DNA of 37,456 nucleotides from Myxococcota bacterium (GTDB taxonomy: Bacteria > Myxococcota > XYA12-FULL-58-9 > JALHOP01), in the NCBI GenBank assembly GCA_041288095.1, contig JBGGMJ010000209.1, positions 1 through 37,456 of the forward strand. The letters run 5' to 3'. The translations under genes were made by a program, and so were the position numbers. The notes below the pieces were generated by a model, which was given only the letters and a program-made list of their open reading frames with translations, searched no databases and was not told the origin of the DNA. Each line of letters begins with the position of its first letter. Position 1 is the stretch's first letter. This document shows positions 18,005 through 26,329 of this stretch, one piece after another.

Positions 18005-18093
18005 TTCGAGAAGTTCGACCGTCGTTGAACATTCGAACGTCGCCGCCCCGCGTTCGCCGAAATTTTTTGGATTTCGAAAGCAGGGTTTATCGT
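18005..18093 (+). promoter_or_regulatory. candidate ArsR operator half-sites plus -10 box
   Basis: TTCGA occurs at 18005, 18014, 18032 and 18073. GTTCGA-N6-TTGAAC is an imperfect palindrome (18013-18030). TATCGT (18088-18093) lies 6 nt before ATG 18100. Confidence 0.4.
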
Positions 18094-18099
18094 GCGGCC

Positions 18100-18480
18100 A
18101 TGGCGATCAAGCATCCGACGGCGGAGCAGCTCGAGCTCCCCAGCATCTTGTCGGCTCTCGGCGACAGCACCCGGCTAGCGATGATCGGCAGGCTCGCCGA
18201 CGTCGCGGAGCTCAGCTGTGGTCAGTTCAGCGAGCTCGGCTCGAAGACCGTGCTCAGCTACCACATGGCGAAGCTGCGCGAGGCGGGCCTCATCCAGGTG
18301 CGGGCTCAGAGTACGCGGCGCTTCGTGTCCTTGCGGCGCGCCGAGCTCGACGAACGATTTCCAGGCCTCTTGGCGACCATCGTGCCGGCCGCGAAGGCCG
18401 TTGAAACGCCACGCAAAGTCAGCGAGGCGCCGATCACGCCGCTTGCCCGTACCGACAGCTACGATTGGATCGTCGACTGA
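18100..18480 (+). CDS. ArsR/SmtB family transcriptional regulator (126 aa)
   Basis: HP...LPSILSALGDSTRL, ELSCGQF, KTVLSYHMAKLREAGLI and LRRAELDERFPGLL. Confidence 0.92.
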   Translation: MAIKHPTAEQLELPSILSALGDSTRLAMIGRLADVAELSCGQFSELGSKTVLSYHMAKLREAGLIQVRAQSTRRFVSLRRAELDERFPGLLATIVPAAKAVETPRKVSEAPITPLARTDSYDWIVD

Positions 18481-18500
18481 CGGTCTAGTAGACGTCGGCC

Positions 18501-18962
18501 ATGGAATATTGGGTCGCAGCGCTGTTGTTGGGATTCGTGTCGGGCTTGCGGGCGATGATGTCACCGTGCGCCGTGGCGTGGGCCGTCCGCCAAGGCGTAC
18601 TCTCGGTCGCGGGGGTGCCTGTCGCCTTCATGGGCTACGCCTATACGGCCGTGGTCTTCACCGTCGTGGCGGTTGCCGAGGTGGTGAACGACAAGCTGCC
18701 TTGGACGCCGAGCCGCAAGGTGCCGCCGCAATTCATCGCGCGCATCTTGAGTGGCGCCTTGGTCGGCGCGTGCGTCGCCGCGTCGAGCGGTGCGTTGGTC
18801 ATCGGCGCTGCCGTCGGCGTCGTGGGCGCGGTGGCCGGTACGTTCGGCGGTGCTTTCGCGCGCGGTAAGCTGGCCGCGGCTTTCGGCAAAGATCTGCCCG
18901 CCGCCATCGTCGAGGACCTGGTCGCCGTGGGCCTGTCGGTCGCCGCGATCATGAGCCTGTGA
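18501..18962 (+). CDS. DUF4126-like small membrane protein
   Basis: GLRAM, AEVVNDKLP.TPSR..PPQF.ARI.SGA and GKDLPAAIVED. Coupled to the next gene by TGATG. Confidence 0.8.
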   Translation: MEYWVAALLLGFVSGLRAMMSPCAVAWAVRQGVLSVAGVPVAFMGYAYTAVVFTVVAVAEVVNDKLPWTPSRKVPPQFIARILSGALVGACVAASSGALVIGAAVGVVGAVAGTFGGAFARGKLAAAFGKDLPAAIVEDLVAVGLSVAAIMSL

Positions 18963-20344
18963 TGGAGCGCTCCTTCGACGCGGCGGTCATTGGCGCCGGT
19001 CAGGCAGGTCCGTTTCTCGCCGCGCGGCTCGTCGCCGCCGGCAAGAAGGTCGCGTTGATCGAGCGCAAGCTCATCGGTGGGACGTGCGTCAACGCCGGTT
19101 GCACGCCGACGAAGACGATGGTCGCGAGCGCCAAGGTGGCTTTCACCGCCGCCAATGCCAGCGCTCACGGTGTCCATATCAGCGGCCCAGCACGCATCGA
19201 CCTTGCCGCCATCAAGGGGCGCAAGAACGCCATCGTCGCCGCCTCGCATGACGGCCTCGAGAGCTGGCTCGGCGGTCTCGAAGGGCTCACGATCTTCCGG
19301 GGAAGCGGACGCTTCGAATCACCGACACGCGTCCGGGTCGGCGAGGACGTGGTGACGGCCAAGCAATTCTTCGTGAACGTCGGCGGCCGCCCACGCCATC
19401 CTGATTTCCCCGGCGTCAGCGAGGTCCCGTACCTCACGAGCACGACGATTCTCGACCTCGACGAGGTTCCGAAGCACCTGCTCGTCGTCGGCGGCTCGTA
19501 CATCGGTCTCGAGTTCGCGCAGATGTTCCGGCGCTTCGGTGCGAAGGTCACGGTCATCGAGCGCGGCGCGCAGCTCTTGCCGCACGAAGATCTCGACGTC
19601 AGCGCCGCAATCAAGGAGACGCTCGAGGCGGAAGGCATCCGCTTCCGTTTGAACGCGGAGTGCATCAGCTTGCACGAGCGTGGCGCCGAGGTCGGCGTCG
19701 GCGTCTCCTGCCAGGCGGGAGCTCCCGAGGAGAGCGGCTCGCACATCTTGTTGGCGGTGGGACGCGATCCCAATACCCACGACCTCGGGCTCGACGCCGC
19801 GGGGGTGAAGATGGACGCGCGCGGTTACATCGAGGTCGATGACCAACTCCGCACCAACGTGCCCGGCATCTGGGCGCTCGGTGACTGCAACGGCCGCGGC
19901 GCCTTCACGCACACTTCGTACAACGACTTCGAGATCGTCGCGGCGAATCTGCTCGACAACGGCTCGCGCCGCGTCACCGATCGCGTGCCGGCGTATGCGC
20001 TCTACATCGACCCGCCCGTGGCGCACATCGGCATGAGCGAAGCGCAGGTCCGCAAGAGCGGACGTAGAGCTTTGATGGCCGTGCGTCCGATGACCAAGGT
20101 CGCGCGCGCCGTCGAAAAAGGTGAAACGCGCGGCTTCATGAAGGTGCTCGTCGACGCGGACACGCGGGAGATTTTGGGGGCGACCATCTTCGGCGTCGGC
20201 GGCGACGAAGCCATCCATGCGGTGCTCGCCGCCATGACCGCGCGCCAGAAAGCCGATGTCATCGCCAACGCGGTGTTCATCCATCCCACGGTCGCCGAGC
20301 TCTTACCCACGGTCTTTCAGAGCTTGAAGCCGCTGGAGGGATGA
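18962..20344 (+). CDS. FAD-dependent pyridine nucleotide-disulfide oxidoreductase (mercuric-reductase-like, lacking the MerA C-terminal Cys pair)
   Basis: IGAGQAG, redox disulfide GGTCVNAGCTPTK, VGGSYIGLE, TNVPGIWALGD and IHPTVAE. No NmerA domain and no terminal CC. Confidence 0.93.
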   Translation: MERSFDAAVIGAGQAGPFLAARLVAAGKKVALIERKLIGGTCVNAGCTPTKTMVASAKVAFTAANASAHGVHISGPARIDLAAIKGRKNAIVAASHDGLESWLGGLEGLTIFRGSGRFESPTRVRVGEDVVTAKQFFVNVGGRPRHPDFPGVSEVPYLTSTTILDLDEVPKHLLVVGGSYIGLEFAQMFRRFGAKVTVIERGAQLLPHEDLDVSAAIKETLEAEGIRFRLNAECISLHERGAEVGVGVSCQAGAPEESGSHILLAVGRDPNTHDLGLDAAGVKMDARGYIEVDDQLRTNVPGIWALGDCNGRGAFTHTSYNDFEIVAANLLDNGSRRVTDRVPAYALYIDPPVAHIGMSEAQVRKSGRRALMAVRPMTKVARAVEKGETRGFMKVLVDADTREILGATIFGVGGDEAIHAVLAAMTARQKADVIANAVFIHPTVAELLPTVFQSLKPLEG

Positions 20345-20799
20345 ACATGCGTCTCGCAACTCTCGCCGCCATCGTCATCATGTACGCCGCGCGCTTGGCG
20401 CATGCTTGCTCCTGTGTGCCGCCGCGGCCAGCCAAGGTCGAGCTCGAGCGCGCCGACGCGGTTTTTCATGGAACCGTGGTGAGTATCGAGCCTGTCGAGT
20501 CCGCTGGCGCGGCGTCGACGAGTCCCGAGGGCCGCTTGGCCGTCACCTTCGAAGTCGCTCGCGTCTGGAAGGGTGACATCACCAAAAAGCTCGTCGTGAG
20601 CTCCATCTCGCCCCACGTTGGCATGTGCGAGATCGACTTCGCCGTCGGTGAAGAGTGGGTGATCTACGGCACCGACAAGGACGGGAAGCTCCATACCGGG
20701 CTGTGCACGCGCAGCCATCGCACCGACAAGAAGAAGCCGAGCGCCGACCTGAAAGTACTCGGTGCCGGAAAGCCGCCCAAGGTGCCCGCGGCGCCGTGA
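20341..20799 (+). CDS. secreted TIMP/NTR-like domain protein
   Basis: Signal peptide ending AHA then CSC, followed by ADAVFHGTV, VTFEVARVWKG, MCEIDFAVGEEWVIYG and TGLCTRS, the N-TIMP-like pattern. Confidence 0.78.
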   Translation: MNMRLATLAAIVIMYAARLAHACSCVPPRPAKVELERADAVFHGTVVSIEPVESAGAASTSPEGRLAVTFEVARVWKGDITKKLVVSSISPHVGMCEIDFAVGEEWVIYGTDKDGKLHTGLCTRSHRTDKKKPSADLKVLGAGKPPKVPAAP

Positions 20800-21701
20800 T
20801 CACGACCCTCGTCGCCACGGCGTTGCTCGCCGCGCCTCTCGCGCCGAGCGAGGGCCTCGAGCTGCTGACGCTCGGCGCCAACCAGCCGTCGCTCGAGCGA
20901 CTCGACGCCAAGTGCAAAAAGGGCGTCGACCTCATCTTGCGCGCGCCGCTCGCCGAGGTTCGCAAGGCCGCGGCCACATTGTCGGTGAGCTGCGCCAAGC
21001 CGCGTTTTCCCAAGCTCGCGGCCATCCTCGATAGGCAGGCGCCGGGGTGCCGCGCGAGTGACGACGCCTGCGCCGCTTGGCTCCTCCACGCACGCGCCGC
21101 GCTCGTCGACGTCATGGGTCCCGACGGCACGCCCGCGGACTTAGCCCAGGTCCTGACGGCGCTCGCGGCAGTGGGTGTCGGCGACTCCGTCGACGCGACC
21201 GCGGCGAATCGCGCGGTCGACGCGGCGAGCCGCATCTCGGACGCTAAAGCGGACAACGCCGCCGTGCAACGCGTCGCCTTGTCCGCCTGGCTCGCCCTCC
21301 CCGCGACCACCAGGGCCGGCGCGGAGAACGCCTTCGCAAAGCTGATTCCGCGCGTCCTCGGCACCAATGGCGACGACCCCGAGGTCTGGGGCGCCTTCGT
21401 CTACATGGCCCAACGCGCCAACGCGGTCGACGCCACCAAGCAGTTCCTCGACGCGCTCGCCGAGACCACTAGGAACGCGTCGCACCGCGCCAAGGCCCAC
21501 TACCTGCGCGGGTGCCTCGCCATGCAAGAGAAGGACGACGAGAGCGCCCGCGCCGCCTTCGGTTCCGCCGCCAAAGCGGACCCATTCGATGCGACCTACC
21601 GCAAGGCGGTGAACGACGTCGCGGCCGGCACCAAGTTTCAGTGCAAGATCGTGATGACGCCGTTCGATACCGCCTTGAAAGAGGCGCTCCAGCCTCAGTG
21701 A
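20796..21701 (+). CDS. exported Ala-rich helical protein with a C-terminal TPR-like repeat (301 aa)
   Basis: GTGA overlap with the upstream gene. Signal-like MITTLVATALLAAP. AKAHYLRGCLAMQEKDDESARAAFGSAAKADP fits a TPR consensus. Confidence 0.7.
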   Translation: MITTLVATALLAAPLAPSEGLELLTLGANQPSLERLDAKCKKGVDLILRAPLAEVRKAAATLSVSCAKPRFPKLAAILDRQAPGCRASDDACAAWLLHARAALVDVMGPDGTPADLAQVLTALAAVGVGDSVDATAANRAVDAASRISDAKADNAAVQRVALSAWLALPATTRAGAENAFAKLIPRVLGTNGDDPEVWGAFVYMAQRANAVDATKQFLDALAETTRNASHRAKAHYLRGCLAMQEKDDESARAAFGSAAKADPFDATYRKAVNDVAAGTKFQCKIVMTPFDTALKEALQPQ

Positions 21702-22486
21702 GGTCTGTGAGGCTCGGTCTGTTTGCGCTGCATGGCGGCCTTGGTGGCGTCGGGTAACACGCGCGCCGCGATCGCCTGCATCTTGTTCCTGAGCGCCCCG
21801 CAGACGATCGAGTCCTTGCCTTCGAGCAGGGCGTCGACACCTTGCTGCGCGACCAGCGCGGGATCGTCCTTCTGACCCTGGCCGACCTTGGTCTCGAGCA
21901 TGTTGGCGCGCTCGAAGAACTCGGTGTCCGTGGCGCCGGGCATCATCGCGGTGACCGTGACGCCGGTTCCTTCTAGCTCGTTGCGAAGGCCTTCGGCGAA
22001 CGACTGGATGAACGCCTTGGAGGCGGCATAGACCGCGAAGAACGGGCCGGGAAAATTCGCGGCCAACGATGACGTCAGCAAGATGCGACCCCGGCAACGC
22101 GCCACCATGTCGGGCACCACGCGCTTGGCGAGGTGAACAGTCGACATGACGTTGAGATTGATGATGTTGAGCTCGTCCTCGAGCTTGGTGTCGCCCGCGA
22201 ACGCGCCGCCGGTGCCGACGCCGGCGTTGATGGCCACGACGTCAATCGGACGCCCCATGCCTTTCATATGCGCGTAGAGACGCTCGACGCCTCGATAGCT
22301 CGCGAGGTCGACCTGCAGGGCATTGGCCCGCGGACCCAGCTCGCGCGCCGCTCGGCGCACGCCGTCGTCCTCGGCGACGATGAGCACGTCGAAGCCGCGC
22401 GCCAAGAGCTCACGCGCCAGCTCGAAACCAATCCCCGACGACCCGCCCGTCACCACCGCTACCTGCCCAACCACCGTCTCTTCCAT
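21695..22486 (-). CDS. short-chain dehydrogenase/reductase (SDR)
   Basis: VTGGSSGIG, INAGVG, catalytic YAASK and MPGATDTEFF. SD GGAGGG lies upstream of ATG 22486. Confidence 0.95.
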   Translation of the reverse strand: MEETVVGQVAVVTGGSSGIGFELARELLARGFDVLIVAEDDGVRRAARELGPRANALQVDLASYRGVERLYAHMKGMGRPIDVVAINAGVGTGGAFAGDTKLEDELNIINLNVMSTVHLAKRVVPDMVARCRGRILLTSSLAANFPGPFFAVYAASKAFIQSFAEGLRNELEGTGVTVTAMMPGATDTEFFERANMLETKVGQGQKDDPALVAQQGVDALLEGKDSIVCGALRNKMQAIAARVLPDATKAAMQRKQTEPHRPH

Positions 22487-22558
22487 GACATCGCCCTCCA
22501 ATTCGCACGTTGGGCAGCGTCACGGTTGCACGCAACATTGGCGGGGGGTTTTGGCGTA

Positions 22559-23881
22559 TTACGCGCTCGCTGCCGGGCGCTGGAGCCGCAGCACCGCGAA
22601 ACCAATGAGACCGGACACCAGCGAGCCGACGAGAATGCCGACCTTGGCGAGTGAGAGATGCTGCGGCACGTCCGCGAAGGCGAGATCGGCGATGAACAAG
22701 GCGACGGTGAACCCGATACCCGCTAAGACGGACACACCGTAGAGGCCCCACCAAGTGCCGCCCGTGGGCATCGGTGCGAGGCGCGCCTTTACCGCGATAA
22801 AGGTCGCGCCGAAGACCCCGACTTGCTTGCCGACGATCAGACCCAAGGCGACACCGAGCGGCACGGGTGTGGCGAGGTCCGCGAAGGACATGCCGCGAAT
22901 ATCGACACCGGCGTTCACGAACGCGAAGAACGGCATGATGAAGTAGACTTGCAGCGGATGCAGCGCCTCGACGAAACGCTCGAGCGGCGACTGCATGTCC
23001 TCGAGACGATCTTCGATGTGCGCGATCTCGCCGCCTTTTAGCTCCGCATCGGACTCGCACGGTAACGCTTTCAGGTACTCGCGCAGCTCGCGGAGGACGT
23101 CCGCCGCGCTGCGACGGGCGTTGGCGGGAACCGCGAGGCCGAGGACCACACCCGCGAGAGTCGCGTGCACGCCGCCGTGATGCAGGGCGAGCCACAGCCC
23201 TACGCCGCAAGCAGCGTAGGCAGCCCAGTGAACGACGCGCAGGCGGTTGAGCAGCACCAGCACGACGACGATGCCACCCGCCGCGACGAGCGCGGGGAAG
23301 TGCAGGCCGTTGCCGTAACGCAAAGCGATGACCAGGATGCCACCGATGTCATCGAAGATCGCCAGGGCCACGACGAACACGGCCAGGCCTTGGGGCACGC
23401 GCTTGCCCAATAGGGAAAGGCAGCCGATGACGAAGGCGATGTCGGTCGCGACTGGGACACCCCAACCAACAGCCGCCGGGGTGCCGGCATTGAGGAAGGC
23501 ATAGATGCCCGCCGGCACCGCCATGCCACCGGCAGCCGCGACAGCCGGGAGGAGAGCACGTTGCATCGTGCGCAGCTCGCCGGAGACGAGCTCGCGCTTC
23601 ACCTCCATGCCCACGACGAAGAAGAAGACGGTCATCAAGCCGTCGTTGACGAAGGTGGCAATGTCGAACCGGAGAGCGTTCGTGCCGACGCCTAGTGTGA
23701 TCGTCGCGTGGACGAGCTGAGCATAGAGAGCGCTGAGGTCGCTGTTGGCCGCGACCATCGCGAGCAGCGCGGTCATGAACAGGAGCGCGCCGCCCGCCGC
23801 CTCGTGCGCGAAGAAACGCTGCAACGGGCCGACCACGCGCCCGAACAGTGGTGCCGGATGGTCCCGAGTCACGCTGGCCAC
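22559..23881 (-). CDS. nhaA: Na+/H+ antiporter NhaA
   Basis: VNDGLMTVFFFVVGMEVKRE, GWGVPVATDIAF, LAIFDDIG, GVHATLAGV, FAFVNAGV, VGKQVG and LAGIGFTVALFI. Start uncertain (GTG 23881 chosen; ATG 23929 possible). Confidence 0.95.
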   Translation of the reverse strand: MASVTRDHPAPLFGRVVGPLQRFFAHEAAGGALLFMTALLAMVAANSDLSALYAQLVHATITLGVGTNALRFDIATFVNDGLMTVFFFVVGMEVKRELVSGELRTMQRALLPAVAAAGGMAVPAGIYAFLNAGTPAAVGWGVPVATDIAFVIGCLSLLGKRVPQGLAVFVVALAIFDDIGGILVIALRYGNGLHFPALVAAGGIVVVLVLLNRLRVVHWAAYAACGVGLWLALHHGGVHATLAGVVLGLAVPANARRSAADVLRELREYLKALPCESDAELKGGEIAHIEDRLEDMQSPLERFVEALHPLQVYFIMPFFAFVNAGVDIRGMSFADLATPVPLGVALGLIVGKQVGVFGATFIAVKARLAPMPTGGTWWGLYGVSVLAGIGFTVALFIADLAFADVPQHLSLAKVGILVGSLVSGLIGFAVLRLQRPAASA

Positions 23882-23927
23882 AGGGACGCCTAGCGTCAAT
23901 CGGAGTTCGCTGGCAAGGATTCCGCGC

Positions 23928-25388
23928 ATGAGGAGCAAGGCTTCGCCAGTGACCGACGTCGACGTCATCATCATCGGCGCCGGCCTGTCCGGCATCGGCG
24001 CGGCTTATCGCCTGCAAACCGGCATGCCGCGCCTGCGCTATGCGGTGCTCGAGGCGACCAACGCCATCGGCGGCACCTGGAGCCTGTTCCGCTATCCCGG
24101 AATTCGCTCGGACTCCGACGTCTACACCTTCGCGTTCCCGTTCAAGCCGTGGCGCGGCAAGAGCAGCATCGCCGCGGGCCAGGAGATCTTGGAGTACATC
24201 CGCGCCACCGCCGCCGAGCACGGCATCGATCGTCACGTGCGCTTCGGGCATCGCGTCATCTCGGCTGATTGGTCCTCCTCGGAGAACCGCTGGCGGGTCG
24301 TCGCCGAGGTAGGGAGCGAGCGACGCGAGCTTCGTTGCCGCTTTCTTTACGCTTGCAGCGGCTATTACAGCTACGACAAGGCGCACGCGCCGCTATTCGA
24401 TGGAGCCGACCGGTTTCGCGGACATATAGCGCACCCGCAATGGTGGCCGGCGGACCTCGATGTCACGGGCAAGCGCGTGCTGGTCGTCGGTAGCGGCGCC
24501 ACGGCAATCACATTGATCCCGGCGCTCGCCGAGAAGGCAGCGCACGTCACCATGCTGCAGCGCTCCCCCACATACGTGGCGACGCTACCATCGCGCGACG
24601 TGGTCGCCGACGTGTTGCGCGCGGTGCTGCCGCTCCAACTCGCGCACCATCTGGTGCGCATCAAGAACGTGCTCATCACGCTGGGCATCTACCTGTTCTG
24701 CCGCGCCTACCCCACGGCGGCTCGCCGCTGGCTCACCGACAATGTCCGCTCACATCTCGGCAAGAGCGTCGCGGTCGACCCCCACTTCGCGCCCCGTTAT
24801 GCGCCTTGGGATCAACGTCTGTGTCTAGCGCCGGACGCGGACATCTTCGTCGCGCTTCGCGAGGGCAAGGCGTCCGTCGTAACGGACACCATCGCCCGGT
24901 TCAGCGAGACAGGAGTGGTGCTCGCGAGCGGCGCCGAGCTCGAAGCCGACATCGTCGTCACCGCGACCGGTCTCGAGCTCTTGGCGGTCGGCGGTGTTCA
25001 GCTCCGCGTCGACGGGCAAACGACCGACATCCCGTCGACCCTCGTCTACAAGGGCTGCATGCTGAGCGGCGTGCCCAACTTCGCGTGGTGCGTCGGCTAC
25101 ATCAACGCCTCCTGGGGCCTGCGAGCGGATCTCGCCTCGCGCTACGTGGCGCGGCTGCTCGATTTCATGGAGCGGTATGGTTACGTGCGCGCTACACCGC
25201 GCCCCGGGGCGAGCGTCGAGACGCGGCCGGTGTTGGATCTCAGCGCCGGGTACATTCAACGCGGCGGCCATCGCTTGCCGAAGCAAGGCAACGAAGAGCC
25301 GTGGATGCTGCGGCAAAACTATCTCTTCGACTATGGAACGATGGTGTTCGGGCGCATCGATGACGGCGCGCTCGAGCTTGGAGTCTAG
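23928..25388 (+). CDS. flavin-containing Baeyer-Villiger-type monooxygenase (EthA-like)
   Basis: IIGAGLSGI, GGTWSLFRYPGIRSDSD, BVMO fingerprint FRGHIAHPQWWP, VVGSGATA, MLQRSPTY, WDQRLCL and GYINASW. Start is ATG 23928 or GTG 23949. Confidence 0.93.
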   Translation: MRSKASPVTDVDVIIIGAGLSGIGAAYRLQTGMPRLRYAVLEATNAIGGTWSLFRYPGIRSDSDVYTFAFPFKPWRGKSSIAAGQEILEYIRATAAEHGIDRHVRFGHRVISADWSSSENRWRVVAEVGSERRELRCRFLYACSGYYSYDKAHAPLFDGADRFRGHIAHPQWWPADLDVTGKRVLVVGSGATAITLIPALAEKAAHVTMLQRSPTYVATLPSRDVVADVLRAVLPLQLAHHLVRIKNVLITLGIYLFCRAYPTAARRWLTDNVRSHLGKSVAVDPHFAPRYAPWDQRLCLAPDADIFVALREGKASVVTDTIARFSETGVVLASGAELEADIVVTATGLELLAVGGVQLRVDGQTTDIPSTLVYKGCMLSGVPNFAWCVGYINASWGLRADLASRYVARLLDFMERYGYVRATPRPGASVETRPVLDLSAGYIQRGGHRLPKQGNEEPWMLRQNYLFDYGTMVFGRIDDGALELGV

Positions 25389-25391
25389 AGC

Positions 25392-25658
25392 ATGGGCGTC
25401 GTCTTCCTCCTGATGATTCTCGGTCACAGTGGCGGCGAGCACATCATGGGCACCGCGAGCGCCGTGAGTGAGCGGAGCATCACCATCGCGACGGCGCAGG
25501 GCAAAGACGTCGTGCTCGCCGTCGACGCCGCAACCAAGTTCGAGAAGGCAAAGAAGCCAGCCACCATCGCCGAAGTGAAGGTGGGCGTCCGCGTGGTGGC
25601 TCACGCCAAGCGCGATGGCGAGACGCTGCGGGCGACACTCATCAAGGTGGCGGACTGA
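25392..25658 (+). CDS. small exported beta-rich (DUF5666/OB-fold-like) protein
   Basis: Short hydrophobic leader, then HSGGEHIMGT..AVSERSITI...VDAATKF...IAEVKVGVRV. Confidence 0.6.
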   Translation: MGVVFLLMILGHSGGEHIMGTASAVSERSITIATAQGKDVVLAVDAATKFEKAKKPATIAEVKVGVRVVAHAKRDGETLRATLIKVAD

Positions 25659-25678
25659 AAAATGGTTGGTGTCCCCAT

Positions 25679-26257
25679 TTAGTCGCCGCGCAAGAACACG
25701 TCCTCCGCCTCCCTCTCCGCCCGCTCATGCGCGCTCACCGGCATGGCGCTCTCGATCGCTTCGACCTCGTCTTTGGTGAGTCCCGGCAATGACCGCACGA
25801 AGGCAACGAGCTCCCAGGTCTCGGGATCGTCGGCGTGCGCTTCGCCCCATGCCGGCATGCCGCTCAAGCGGATGCCATTCTGGATGATCCAGTAGATCTC
25901 CCCATCCGTGAGGTCCTGCGTGATCGCCGTGCGCATGTCGGGCGCGGGCGGATACATGCGCTCGCCCGAGACCCCGGTGCCGCTGCCGTCCGCCGCGTGG
26001 CACACGGCGCAGTGGTCTGCCCAATGGGCGCGGGCGTGGGCGCGCTTGGCATCGTCCATGACGATGGGGTTTTTCTGCTGGCGTGATGCCGCGGGGATGG
26101 CCGCCTTGCGTAAGGCGCGGGCCACCACCGTCTCTAGCTTACCGGGCGCCTCGCGGGTGCTCACACCTCGGCGCGTGATGTTCCAGACGGCGACACCGGC
26201 GACCACGACGACGACGGCGGCCAGGGCTCCGAGGGCGGCGAAAAGGCGGACGAGCAT
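25679..26257 (-). CDS. membrane-anchored monoheme c-type cytochrome
   Basis: N-terminal TM helix, heme motif CAVCH, MYPPAPDM, TDGEIYWIIQNGIRLSGMPAW (axial Met) and WELVAFVRSL. Confidence 0.92.
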   Translation of the reverse strand: MLVRLFAALGALAAVVVVVAGVAVWNITRRGVSTREAPGKLETVVARALRKAAIPAASRQQKNPIVMDDAKRAHARAHWADHCAVCHAADGSGTGVSGERMYPPAPDMRTAITQDLTDGEIYWIIQNGIRLSGMPAWGEAHADDPETWELVAFVRSLPGLTKDEVEAIESAMPVSAHERAEREAEDVFLRGD

Positions 26258-26329
26258 GCGGCAAGGTACCGCGAAGCCAAGCCGGGAAGAAACTTGGCTT
26301 GGATTGGCTCCCCAGGTACTTGGTCGGTC

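Noticed and set aside
15020..18480. Arsenic-resistance operon (ArsC-like plus ArsR-like genes)
   Set aside because: The ArsC-like protein is the CxxC Spx/YffB type, the ArsR lacks the CxC As-binding box, they are separated by unrelated genes, and there is no arsB or acr3.
18962..20344. Mercuric reductase merA or a mer operon
   Set aside because: No C-terminal Cys-Cys pair, no NmerA domain, and no merR/T/P genes nearby.
22525..22536. GTTGC-AC-GCAAC palindrome upstream of the SDR gene
   Set aside because: The 5-bp arms are short enough to arise by chance, and I found no second copy or regulator link.
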